From Actinomycetota bacterium (GTDB taxonomy: Bacteria; Actinomycetota; JAHEXW01; JAGVPG01), in assembly GCA_020052375.1 (NCBI GenBank), contig JAGVPG010000002.1, positions 30,759 through 94,758 of the forward strand: DNA of 64,000 nt, given 5' to 3'. How positions within the stretch are numbered: the stretch's first letter is position 1; every line of letters starts with the position of its first letter. This document shows positions 20,679 to 29,519 of this stretch, piece by piece. The notes below the pieces were generated by a model, which saw only the letters and a program-made list of their open reading frames with translations, was not told the DNA's origin and made no database searches. Position numbers and translations under genes: made by a program.

Positions 20679-21746
20679 ATGAAATTAATCGAACTCCACA
20701 TCCTGCAGTCATTCCCCGTGTCGTGCCTGAATCGCGACGATGTAGGAGCACCCAAAACAGCTGTATTCGGTGGTGTTAACCGCGCTCGCATTTCCAGCCA
20801 GTGCCTGAAAAGAGCGGTTCGTGAACAAGCTCAAGCAACGTCGCCAGAATTGTTCGCTGGTAATCGCAGCCGGCTAATCATCAACCCTTTAGCTGAAGCT
20901 CTAAAGCAATATGGCGTGCTTGATGAAAAAGCCACCGAAGTCGCCAAGCAGATTGGGGACTACCTAGCAACAACCGATAAGAAAGCAGAGAAGAACGGTG
21001 AGCTCAAGGTTAAAACCCTGATGTTCCTATCCCCTGCCGAAATAGACATAGTCGCCAAAACTCTGGCGGACATCCTAGCTGCAGATCCTAAAGCCAAGGA
21101 GCTTGAAAAAGCGGTCGCTAAAGCCTGCAAGTCGGCAGCGCTGAAAGATGCTGCCGATATCGCTATTTTTGGTCGAATGGTTGCGAGTGACCATTCACTA
21201 ACGTTGGAGGGTGCAGGATTATTCAGCCATGCGCTTTCCACTCATAAAGCAGCCAACGATATTGATTTCTTTTCAGCAGTCGATGATCTGCAGGGGACAG
21301 AGGAAGCCGGTGCTGGTATGACGGGAATCCTGGAGTTCAACTCCGGTACTTTCTACCACTATGCTGGGCTGAACCTCGACCTGCTGGTAGATAAAGATCA
21401 TCTTGAAGTTTTGTCTAGCGAGGATCTCAAGAATGTTGTAGATACGTTCTTGCGTGCTACCATCCTTGCAGTGCCCAGTGCGCGCAAGAACTCGATGAAT
21501 GCAAATACGTTACCCGGTTATGTTCTTGGTCTGGTTAAGGAGACAGGCCAGCCCCTGCAGTTGATCAATGCTTTCGAGAATCCTGTCCCCAACAAGAGTG
21601 GTCTGATGGATGACTCTATTGCAAGACTTAAACACCACCATGATCAACTTAAGAAGACTTGGGGTATCAAACCGTCTGTGGAAGCAAGCATACCAGACAA
21701 GTCCCTAGATGTGTTCTGTAAGGAGATAATTAGCCATGTCGTCTAA
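20679..21746 (+). CDS. cas7: Cas7e (CasC) Cascade backbone subunit
   Basis: 355 aa. N-terminus MKLIELHILQSFPVSCLNRDDVGAPKT...GGVNRARISSQCLKRAVR is the classic Cas7e/CasC start. Confidence 0.9.
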   Translation: MKLIELHILQSFPVSCLNRDDVGAPKTAVFGGVNRARISSQCLKRAVREQAQATSPELFAGNRSRLIINPLAEALKQYGVLDEKATEVAKQIGDYLATTDKKAEKNGELKVKTLMFLSPAEIDIVAKTLADILAADPKAKELEKAVAKACKSAALKDAADIAIFGRMVASDHSLTLEGAGLFSHALSTHKAANDIDFFSAVDDLQGTEEAGAGMTGILEFNSGTFYHYAGLNLDLLVDKDHLEVLSSEDLKNVVDTFLRATILAVPSARKNSMNANTLPGYVLGLVKETGQPLQLINAFENPVPNKSGLMDDSIARLKHHHDQLKKTWGIKPSVEASIPDKSLDVFCKEIISHVV

Positions 21747-22461
21747 GGTTGTATATCTTACGCTGCTACTTGATGCCCCGCTGCAGTCATGGGGTTTCGC
21801 TAGCCGATTCCAACGACGCACGACGGGATTACACCCAACTAAGAGCGGCGTCATTGGAATGATATCTGCAGCCATGGGCCTAGCTAAGGGCTCACAAAAG
21901 GAGTCTGAGATCCTACCGCAGCTGCTTCGTTTGCCAATGACCAGCATTGTTATTCCCGGCCACAAGCAATCAACGTGGCAGGATAACGCGGAAGATCTGC
22001 CGTTACGACGAATGGAAGACTTCCATACTGTCCAGCATACACGCCGTGCAAGCGGAACTATAAATAGAGATGCAGTTATTACCCGCCGCCAATACCTGCT
22101 TGACGCGCATTTCGGTGTGATTCTGGAAGGTGATAGTGTCTTGCTGGAGCAAGTTGCCAGCGCTCTACTGGATCCACAGTGGGGAGTCTGGTTTGGTCGG
22201 AAGAATTGCATCCCGGCCGCTCCTATCTACCGAGGTCTGTTCACCACACAAAACGAGGCCTTACGGCTTTTGATAGATGATGTGCCACTAGAATACCTTA
22301 CTGTAGTTACCGAAGTTGATCGATTTGACGAAGGTACAGACTCAATCCCCGATCAACCTATCAGCTTTGGTGATGATAAGAGCAGTGGTCCTGATGCCCG
22401 TCGTTTTGCCGTTCGCCGTGTAAAGATCCAACCAGGTATTAGGCTTCCAGCAAAGGAGTAA
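21736..22461 (+). CDS. cas5: Cas5e (CasD)
   Basis: 241 aa. LTLLLDAPLQSWGFASRFQRRTT...PTKSGVIGMISAAMG matches the Cas5e N-terminal glycine-rich segment. Confidence 0.85.
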   Translation: MSSKVVYLTLLLDAPLQSWGFASRFQRRTTGLHPTKSGVIGMISAAMGLAKGSQKESEILPQLLRLPMTSIVIPGHKQSTWQDNAEDLPLRRMEDFHTVQHTRRASGTINRDAVITRRQYLLDAHFGVILEGDSVLLEQVASALLDPQWGVWFGRKNCIPAAPIYRGLFTTQNEALRLLIDDVPLEYLTVVTEVDRFDEGTDSIPDQPISFGDDKSSGPDARRFAVRRVKIQPGIRLPAKE

Positions 22462-22464
22462 GCC

Positions 22465-23298
22465 TTGCCTATCTTCGAAAAACCGCCAATAGAATCACTC
22501 TCGCCGGCTAAAGACCGGTGGACGCCTATTTATTTGGAACACGGACGGCTGGAAGTGGATGATTCCAGTATCAAGTGGGTTGGCGCTGATCGCATGGTAT
22601 ACCGACTACCTGTTGCAACCATATCAGCCGTGATGCTTGGCCCTGGAACAACAGTAACGCACGCCGCGATGAAAGCCTGTGCGGATTCGAACACACCAAT
22701 CTGTTGGGTCGGCGAAGACGGCATGCGTTTCTACGCATTTGGCATCACGCCCAATCATGACAATTCGACATCTCGAAAACATGCCGCTGCTTGGGCTGAT
22801 AAGAAGAAGAGGGTGGTAATTGCCCACCGTATGTTTTCACAGCGCTTCCCCGACATTGATGTGACCCAATACGGCATCAAAGAACTCCGGGGAATGGAAG
22901 GATTGCGGGTGCGCGCTAAATATGCCGAACTTGGCCAACAGTATGGCGTTACCTGGAAACGCCGGGACTACGACAAGACCAATTGGAATCTAGCTGATAA
23001 CATCAATCGTGCGCTCTCCGCTGCCAATGCAAGCCTCTACGCTGTATGTACTGCAGTAGTCTGCTCGCTCGGCTATGTTCCCTCACTCGGTATCGTCCAT
23101 GACGCTGGCACACTGCCATTCATATATGATGTTGCCGATCTCTATAAAGAGATCACGTCATTTCCTGCCGCATTTCAAGCTGTTCATCAGAATCCTAACG
23201 ATAGAGGGCAACTGGTTCGCGCACTTCTAAAGGAGCGTATAGAAGGCGAGCGCCTACTTAAAAGGATGCCAAAAGATTTGGAGGAGTTGTTCGGATGA
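22465..23298 (+). CDS. cas1: Cas1 integrase (I-E)
   Basis: 277 aa, TTG start. Conserved Cas1e features (IYLEHGRLEVDDSSIKW..., HAAMKACADSNTPICWVGEDG). Followed by cas2 with an ATGA overlap. Confidence 0.85.
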   Translation: MPIFEKPPIESLSPAKDRWTPIYLEHGRLEVDDSSIKWVGADRMVYRLPVATISAVMLGPGTTVTHAAMKACADSNTPICWVGEDGMRFYAFGITPNHDNSTSRKHAAAWADKKKRVVIAHRMFSQRFPDIDVTQYGIKELRGMEGLRVRAKYAELGQQYGVTWKRRDYDKTNWNLADNINRALSAANASLYAVCTAVVCSLGYVPSLGIVHDAGTLPFIYDVADLYKEITSFPAAFQAVHQNPNDRGQLVRALLKERIEGERLLKRMPKDLEELFG

Positions 23299-23588
23299 CC
23301 GTTATCGTTGCAAAAGATACACCTGATGCTATCCGAGGTATGCTTAAGCGCTGGTTTATAGAGCCTCGTCCCAACGTTTTTGTTGGCACACTTAATCGCC
23401 GCACACACGAAAAAACAATCGAGTACATCAAACGTAATGCCGGAGATATTGGCTTACTTATCATCAGTAGCTACCCTAACTGCCAAGGTTATAAAATCGA
23501 GTCATGTGGCCCGACTGACCGCAAAGGTATTGAGGTTGCAGGCTTGTGGCTCGTTGCAGAGAAATGGGAGGAGCCGGAAACAGTTTAG
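23295..23588 (+). CDS. cas2: Cas2 (I-E)
   Basis: 97 aa. MTVIVAKDTPDAIRGMLKRWFIEPRPNVFVG matches the Cas2e N-terminus. Ends 45 bp before the first repeat. Confidence 0.85.
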   Translation: MTVIVAKDTPDAIRGMLKRWFIEPRPNVFVGTLNRRTHEKTIEYIKRNAGDIGLLIISSYPNCQGYKIESCGPTDRKGIEVAGLWLVAEKWEEPETV

Positions 23589-23633
23589 TCAATATGTTGT
23601 AGAGTGAGAAATGAACTGCTACAACATGGCAGG
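23589..23633 (+). promoter_or_regulatory. CRISPR leader-proximal segment with a 9-bp inverted repeat (ATGTTGTAG...CTACAACAT)
   Basis: Only 45 bp separate the cas2 stop from repeat 1. They contain a perfect 9-bp inverted repeat around a 16-nt loop. Repeat orientation and the degenerate distal repeats place the leader on this side. Confidence 0.5.
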
Positions 23634-25126
23634 GTTTTCCCCACACGCGTGGGGATGGTCCGTTCTTAGTAGCTACCAGGGATTGAATGTAATTGTTTTC
23701 CCCACACGCGTGGGGATGGTCCGGGACACACTTAAAAATGCTACAGAGGGTCTTTGTTTTCCCCACACGCGTGGGGATGGTCCGTATAGGAGGGGTTAAG
23801 GATGAATAAATACAAAGTTTTCCCCACACGCGTGGGGATGGTCCGTTCTAATTCCTCACCCGTGCTTTCCTCTATTTGTTTTCCCCACACGCGTGGGGAT
23901 GGTCCGGCAAGCAAGCATTGTATGACTGCCTAACAGAAGTTTTCCCCACACGCGTGGGGATGGTCCGATGTAGCCGCCGGACAACTGTTAGGATTGATGG
24001 TTTTCCCCACACGCGTGGGGATGGTCCGTTCAGAGATGTTTACAAAACTCATGTTAAATAGTTTTCCCCACACGCGTGGGGATGGTCCGTACTTTCATGG
24101 AGTCCTGTGGCAAGTCGTTTGGTTTTCCCCACACGCGTGGGGATGGTCCGTTCTAATTCCTCACCCGTGTCTTCCTCAAGTTGTTTTCCCCACACGCGTG
24201 GGGATGGTCCGAAGCAGGGGAGTCATTTGTTTGATATAGGGCAGTTTTCCCCACACGCGTGGGGATGGTCCGGGTCTGCAACCAATCATACAACCGCTCA
24301 TGCCGTTTTCCCCACACGCGTGGGGATGGTCCGAGTCTGTAGACTTGTACCACTTTTTCTATATAGTTTTCCCCACACGCGTGGGGATGGTCCGTACCGG
24401 ATTCTCTTTTAGTACCAGATCAAGCGGTTTTCCCCACACGCGTGGGGATGGTCCGAGATCTGTTGAATTCAAACAACACTCTTGCCTGTTTTCCCCACAC
24501 GCGTGGGGATGGTCCGGATTTTCTTAACAGCCGCATCCTCGAATATAAGTTTTCCCCACACGCGTGGGGATGGTCCGAGCTTTTAGAGCTTCAAGATCAT
24601 CCATTGTGAGTTTTCCCCACACGCGTGGGGATGGTCCGCCTCCAGGAAGAGAACACGCGCTTGCATGATGGTTTTCCCCACACGCGTGGGGATGGTCCGA
24701 GCTTTTAGAGCTTCAAGATCATCCATTGTGAGTTTTCCCCACACGCGTGGGGATGGTCCGGCATCTGTATTCGAGAGCCCTATAGCCCTCGTGTTTTCCC
24801 CACACGCGTGGGGATGGTCCGGGTGTCCTGTCTTACAACGCTATGATCAAAGCGTTTTCCCCACACGCGTGGGGATGGTCCGCTGTTCATCTCTTTCTTT
24901 AACCAAGGCTACTTGTTTTCCCCACACGCGTGGGGATGGTCCGTCCAGATCGTACATTTCGGCCATTGAGAATGGGTTTTCCCCACACGCGTGGGGATGG
25001 TCCGAATACTGGGATATGTGTGTGCATAATGACTATGTTTTCCCCACACGCGTGGGGATGGTCCTTCTCTTGCATCTGCCTATCCAACGAGATTGCCGTT
25101 TTCCCCACACGCGTGTGGATGGTTCA
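23634..25126 (+). CRISPR. type I-E CRISPR array: 25 repeats of GTTTTCCCCACACGCGTGGGGATGGTCCG (29 bp), 24 spacers of 32 bp
   Basis: Repeat starts at 23634, 23695, 23756 ... 25037, 25098, with a regular 61-bp period. The last two repeats are degenerate: repeat 24 ends ...GTCCT, and repeat 25 is GTTTTCCCCACACGCGTGTGGATGGTTCA. The repeat has an internal palindrome CCCCAC/GTGGGG and a GGGGATnnnCCG 3' end typical of I-E. Confidence 0.97.
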
Positions 25127-25171
25127 AATCTGGCTAGGATCCATCTAAGCTTAACTAAATCCCCTTTGGTT

Positions 25172-25200
25172 AGCCGACCTAAAGGTCGGCGGCTACATTA
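25172..25200 (+). repeat. related hairpin repeat AGCCGACCTAAAGGTCGGCGGCTACATTA
   Basis: Same family, stem CCGACC/GGTCGG with a GGCTACA tail. Another copy at 3219..3250 (CCGCCGACCTGAAGGTCGGCGGTTACATT). A degenerate copy at 30961..30992 (CGACAACTTTGGTTGTCGGGTCGGCGGCTACAAA). Confidence 0.75.
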
Positions 25201-25375
25201 TTATTTCGTACGAGCGAGGCCGAGAGTCGAGCGGCGATTTCCACGCTGGGGAAATCGACCGCGTCTTTTAGAGTGGATACAACCGGCGGGCTTTTTCTAA
25301 TTTATAAGACGCGAGCACTCACTTATATAACAAAAGGGGCCGCCTCCCGGCAACCCCTTCAGTGCTTCTTGAGAG

Positions 25376-25402
25376 GGCCGACAATCAAGGTCGGCTGCTA
25401 CA
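25376..25402 (+). repeat. 27-bp hairpin repeat GGCCGACAATCAAGGTCGGCTGCTACA (right copy)
   Basis: Perfect inverted match to 14610..14636. Lies 250 bp past the last CRISPR repeat. Confidence 0.9.
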
Positions 25403-25423
25403 TACGTTGTCTTCTATACATCT

Positions 25424-25520
25424 TGTGCTTGGGGAGGTTGAAGAATTCTTCGAGCGAGAATCTTTAGCGAGAAGAATTACTTCAACCTCGCCCAGGCACA
25501 CACTTTTTATATTGTTTTGC
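25424..25520 (+). terminator. long imperfect hairpin plus T-tract after the array (likely bidirectional terminator; member of a 2-copy repeat family)
   Basis: TGTGCTTGGGGAGGTTGAAGAATTCTTCGAGCGAG...CGAGAAGAATTACTTCAACCTCGCCCAGGCACACA, followed by CTTTTTATATTGTTTTG. It lies 3' of the array on plus and 3' of the fbp-like gene on minus. Confidence 0.5.
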
Positions 25521-26646
25521 CTGATGCTTTTGCTTTGTTTTCTTCTGTGTCGGTTTCCCAACGATCCTTGAGCGATTCCATGACGATCGGCATCGTCGTG
25601 TATTCCATATCGTCAAGCGGTAGGCGGTGCGGCTCGAACGGGCCGTGGGCTTTCAGATAATCCGCCATCTCGTTCGCTATCTGGCGGGCTCTGTCGTAAC
25701 TTACGTCCGCGAACATGTCGCGTGGTCCCACCAGTTTCCCGTCTTTCAGCTGGAAGCCGAGAGCCACTACCCGCGGGGGTCCATCGAACCTGGTCGGGTG
25801 GTCATCTTTCATGCTGACCGGCATCAACGGACCATGGTGAGAACCCCTCATCCATCCGGCTACGAGGTGCGGGAACGCGAACGGGTTTACGACCTCGCCG
25901 ACTGCCGGAAGGCCCGACTGACAGCGAACAGCCATAACGGGGTCGTCTTTACCGACATACTTGCCGGCTATGAACGACAATCTTTGAGTCGACGTGACCG
26001 CGGCTATCTCACCAGTCTTCTTTGAATAGACATGTTTGATGACGAAACGGCCCGGAGCGCCGATGAAGGCGAGCATCTGGTAAAGCTCGGACGGGCAGTC
26101 GAAAGTGACTTTCTTTGCTTCTTTCAGGTCGTCCACCTGTATATTGAATCCCTGGTACATATTCGAGTCTATGACAAGGCCGGCCGTATTGAACGGATCG
26201 CAGAACATCTTGTAAAGCGGCATATTCCACGCGCCGGGTTCTGTCTTATCAGCAAGAAAGCATATGATCGGTTCGCTCTGGCGCTCGACGAACTCCATCT
26301 CGGCATAGCCGGGACCCATACCCCGTAGATTGCCTGAAAAGGCGTCGCTTAAAATGTCCTGGCCCGCGCCGTATAAGCCCAGCGAGTGAGCGAGGTCGGT
26401 CATATCCAAAAAAGCGTCCCATGTAAACTTGTGGATCTCCTCGTTTCCCGGCCCTTTCTTGTGCGTCAAGATAAAAGCGTGATCATCTCCGCAATGACCG
26501 CAGAAATAGTCGATAATGATGCCGTTTTTCTTTGCTTTGGCCGCGTGCTCCTCCGCTTTCTCAATAAGAGCCGGGTGAACCGCCGAATGTCCGACAAAAC
26601 CGCCGACGTCAGCCTTGATGATACTTAGCGTGATCTTCTCTCCCAT
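25507..26646 (-). CDS. bifunctional fructose-1,6-bisphosphate aldolase/phosphatase (archaeal-type class V FBPase)
   Basis: 379 aa. N-terminus MGEKITLSIIKADVGGFVGHSAVHP and overall length match the FBP aldolase/phosphatase family. Confidence 0.8.
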   Translation of the reverse strand: MGEKITLSIIKADVGGFVGHSAVHPALIEKAEEHAAKAKKNGIIIDYFCGHCGDDHAFILTHKKGPGNEEIHKFTWDAFLDMTDLAHSLGLYGAGQDILSDAFSGNLRGMGPGYAEMEFVERQSEPIICFLADKTEPGAWNMPLYKMFCDPFNTAGLVIDSNMYQGFNIQVDDLKEAKKVTFDCPSELYQMLAFIGAPGRFVIKHVYSKKTGEIAAVTSTQRLSFIAGKYVGKDDPVMAVRCQSGLPAVGEVVNPFAFPHLVAGWMRGSHHGPLMPVSMKDDHPTRFDGPPRVVALGFQLKDGKLVGPRDMFADVSYDRARQIANEMADYLKAHGPFEPHRLPLDDMEYTTMPIVMESLKDRWETDTEENKAKASGKTI

Positions 26647-26783
26647 GACTTTAAAGACCTCCTTCGTCTATGATACGTGGTTTTTAGAGTAGAACTTTTT
26701 AATTATAGCACTAGACAATGAAATCTCAAGACGTCGCCCCTCCACTTCCATTTGCTTAAGCGGGCTCTTTTCAATAAACTAAT

Positions 26784-29519
26784 GTGAGCATGACTGAAAA
26801 AGAAACCGCGTGGCACGCAATATCCGACCAAGCTGTCATCAAGAAACTTAAAACAAATAAAAACAAGGGGCTGGCGCCGGAAGAGGTTTCGTCACGCCTT
26901 CTTTCATTGGGTTATAACGAACTCCCTGAAAAGAAAAGAACACCCCTCATCATCCGGTTTCTTTCGCAGTTCAACGACTTCATGACATGGGTCCTGATAG
27001 CCGCCGTATTGGTCTCCATCTTTGCCTTGAGGGAAACGCTTGACGCCGTAGTGATCGCCCTGATCGTCGTAGCCAACGCTGTGTTGAGCTTTATCCAGGA
27101 AGGCCGTGCCGAGCGCGCGATAGGCGCTTTACGGAACCTGACGGCTCCGACGGCGTTTGCGATCCGGAACGGCAGTGAAGACAAGGTGATGGCCAGGGAG
27201 CTCGTACCGGGTGATATAGTCATCCTCGAAGCAGGAGCCCGCATTCCCGCGGACGCCCGCCTCATCGAAACCGCGAACCTTTTAGTCAATGAGGCCATTC
27301 TGACCGGCGAATCCATGCCTGCTAGTAAAAATACCCACGCAATCGACAAAAACGTGTCCATACTCGATCGCAACAACATGGTCTACATGGGGACCACTAT
27401 AGCCGCAGGGCGCGGCAAGGCATGCGTCGTCGCAACCGGCCCGGCTTCGGAGATGGGTAAGATCGCCGAGCTTGTCCAGGAACCGCAGGATAGGACAACA
27501 CCCCTACAACGGGAGCTGCATGATGTAGGTAAGAGGATAGCCATTATATGCCTGATCATTGCGATATTCGTGTTCGGGCTCGGTGTGTTGAGAGGAAATC
27601 CGTGGCAGTTGATGTTCCTGGCGGGTGTAAGCCTCGCCGTCGCCGCCATTCCTGAAGGATTGCCCGCGGTCGTCACCATCACCTTGGCGCTGGGCCTGGA
27701 ACGCATGGCGAAAAAGAATGCCATCGTCCGGCGCTTACCGGCAGTGGAAACGCTGGGAGCGGCAACAGTCATATGTACCGACAAAACAGGCACCCTGACC
27801 AGGAACGAGATGCGCATCGGCGTGATCTTCGTCGGCAACGACCGTTTCAAGCTCGAGGATGGCAGGCTGTCCGATGATCTTGACGCCCGCCTGACTCGTC
27901 TGCTCATAATCGGAGCCCTCGTCAACGATTCAAGGAAGGGCGCGGAGGACGTATATATAGGCGATCCTACCGAAATAGCCCTGCTTGTCGGAGCGGAAGC
28001 TAACCGTATCAGCAAGCAGCAGCTAAATATGTTGTTCCCCAGAGTTGCTGAGATCCCCTTCGATTCCGACAGAAAGATGATGACGACCGTCCATGAACTC
28101 CGGAGCCAGGAAGCAGTCAGGTCGGGAGATGAAGATGAGAGTGGAATGGTGGATAAGTATCCCCTTGTCGCATATACGAAAGGGGCACCGGAACTGGTTT
28201 TAGATAAATGTACGCACATCTTCACCGGAGACAAGGTCGTTGCTTTGACCGGGGCCAAGAAAAAAGCGATCTTGAAGAAGAACATGGAACTGGCTGAAGA
28301 AGCTTTTCGCATGCTTGCCTTTGCATACAGGCCGCTCGGCATGCCAGTACCGGGTACCGATTACACAGCTCTAGACTCCGCTGAAACCGAGAGAGACATG
28401 ATCTTCGTCGGTCTGGCAGGACTTATCGATCCTCCGAGGCCGGAAGTCTACACGGCTATTCGGGAATGTAAAGACGCCCTGATCCAGGTGGCGATGGTCA
28501 CAGGTGACCACCGGACGACGGCCGAAGCTATCGGCCGGGAGCTGGACCTACTAACTGAGGGAAAGCAGATTATATCATCAGACACTTTAAAGACCCTGTC
28601 CGATAGGGAGCTTAAAAAGATGGCCGGCGATATCGCCATCTATGCTCGCGTATCGGCTGAGGACAAGATAAGGATAATCGACGCGCTGCGCGCACGCGGC
28701 AATATCATAGCGATGACCGGCGACGGTGTGAACGACGCGCCCGCTATAAGACGGGCTGACATCGGAGTCTCCATGGGGCGGGTCGGGGCCGATGTTACGC
28801 GTGAAGCATCCGACCTGGTCTTAACAGATGATAACTTCGCTACGATCGTCACCGCGATCCGTGAGGGACGCGTCATATTCGATAACCTGAAGAAATTCAT
28901 ATACTTCTTGCTATCGTGTAATATCAGCGAGGTGCTGATAATGTTGCTCGTCATGCTTGTCAGCCGTCATCCGCCATTGTGGCCGGTACAGCTACTATGG
29001 ATAAACCTTGTGACCGACGGCCTGCCCGCGCTTGCCCTGGGTGTCGACATCGCGGAACCGGGCATAATGAAGAGGGCGCCGCGTGAACCAACAGAAAAGA
29101 TCCTGTCTTTGGGAAACCAGCTCAATCTTTTATGGCAGGGCTTGCTGATGACAGCCGGGGCGATCTCTGCGTATGTCCTGGCTTTATACGTGTTAGGCAG
29201 GGACCTGGACGGCGCGCGGACGGTCCTTTTCGCGACGCTCGTTTTCGTCCAGCTTTTTCATACCTTCAACTCGAGAAGCGAATCAAAATCCGCGCTCTCA
29301 ATGGGCTTGTTCAGTAATAAATATCTTCTCGGAGCCCTTATCATATCGGCGGCACTGCAGCTGGCAGTTATCTATGTCCCTGTTCTACAACCTTTCTTCA
29401 GGACTGAATCCCTTTTCTTAAGAGACTGGGGTGTCGTGTTCGTGTGTGCCTTTATCCCAGTCCTGCTGATCGAGAGTGTCAAACAGATGAAGGTCGGCTG
29501 GAACGAAAAAGCTGCTTAG
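26784..29519 (+). CDS. P2A-type (Ca2+-ATPase-like) cation-transporting P-type ATPase
   Basis: 911 aa with TGES, PEGLPAVVTITLALG, ICTDKTGTLTRNEM, KGAPE, MVTGDHRTTAEAIG and TGDGVNDAPAIRRADIGVSMG. Confidence 0.9.
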   Translation: MSMTEKETAWHAISDQAVIKKLKTNKNKGLAPEEVSSRLLSLGYNELPEKKRTPLIIRFLSQFNDFMTWVLIAAVLVSIFALRETLDAVVIALIVVANAVLSFIQEGRAERAIGALRNLTAPTAFAIRNGSEDKVMARELVPGDIVILEAGARIPADARLIETANLLVNEAILTGESMPASKNTHAIDKNVSILDRNNMVYMGTTIAAGRGKACVVATGPASEMGKIAELVQEPQDRTTPLQRELHDVGKRIAIICLIIAIFVFGLGVLRGNPWQLMFLAGVSLAVAAIPEGLPAVVTITLALGLERMAKKNAIVRRLPAVETLGAATVICTDKTGTLTRNEMRIGVIFVGNDRFKLEDGRLSDDLDARLTRLLIIGALVNDSRKGAEDVYIGDPTEIALLVGAEANRISKQQLNMLFPRVAEIPFDSDRKMMTTVHELRSQEAVRSGDEDESGMVDKYPLVAYTKGAPELVLDKCTHIFTGDKVVALTGAKKKAILKKNMELAEEAFRMLAFAYRPLGMPVPGTDYTALDSAETERDMIFVGLAGLIDPPRPEVYTAIRECKDALIQVAMVTGDHRTTAEAIGRELDLLTEGKQIISSDTLKTLSDRELKKMAGDIAIYARVSAEDKIRIIDALRARGNIIAMTGDGVNDAPAIRRADIGVSMGRVGADVTREASDLVLTDDNFATIVTAIREGRVIFDNLKKFIYFLLSCNISEVLIMLLVMLVSRHPPLWPVQLLWINLVTDGLPALALGVDIAEPGIMKRAPREPTEKILSLGNQLNLLWQGLLMTAGAISAYVLALYVLGRDLDGARTVLFATLVFVQLFHTFNSRSESKSALSMGLFSNKYLLGALIISAALQLAVIYVPVLQPFFRTESLFLRDWGVVFVCAFIPVLLIESVKQMKVGWNEKAA

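Noticed and set aside
23634-25126. Self-targeting spacers (spacer matches elsewhere in this window)
   Set aside because: I saw no obvious match by eye but cannot exclude one. This needs a BLASTN of the 24 spacers against the genome.
23611-25300. Many small ORFs of 60-210 aa in the track (repeated [18 protein letters not shown] and SPHAWGWS peptides)
   Set aside because: They are translations of the 29-bp CRISPR repeat in different frames, an artefact of the array and not genes.
27383-28342. 319-aa minus-strand ORF
   Set aside because: Lies entirely antisense within the third P-type ATPase gene. Ser/Ala/Arg-rich composition with no motifs.
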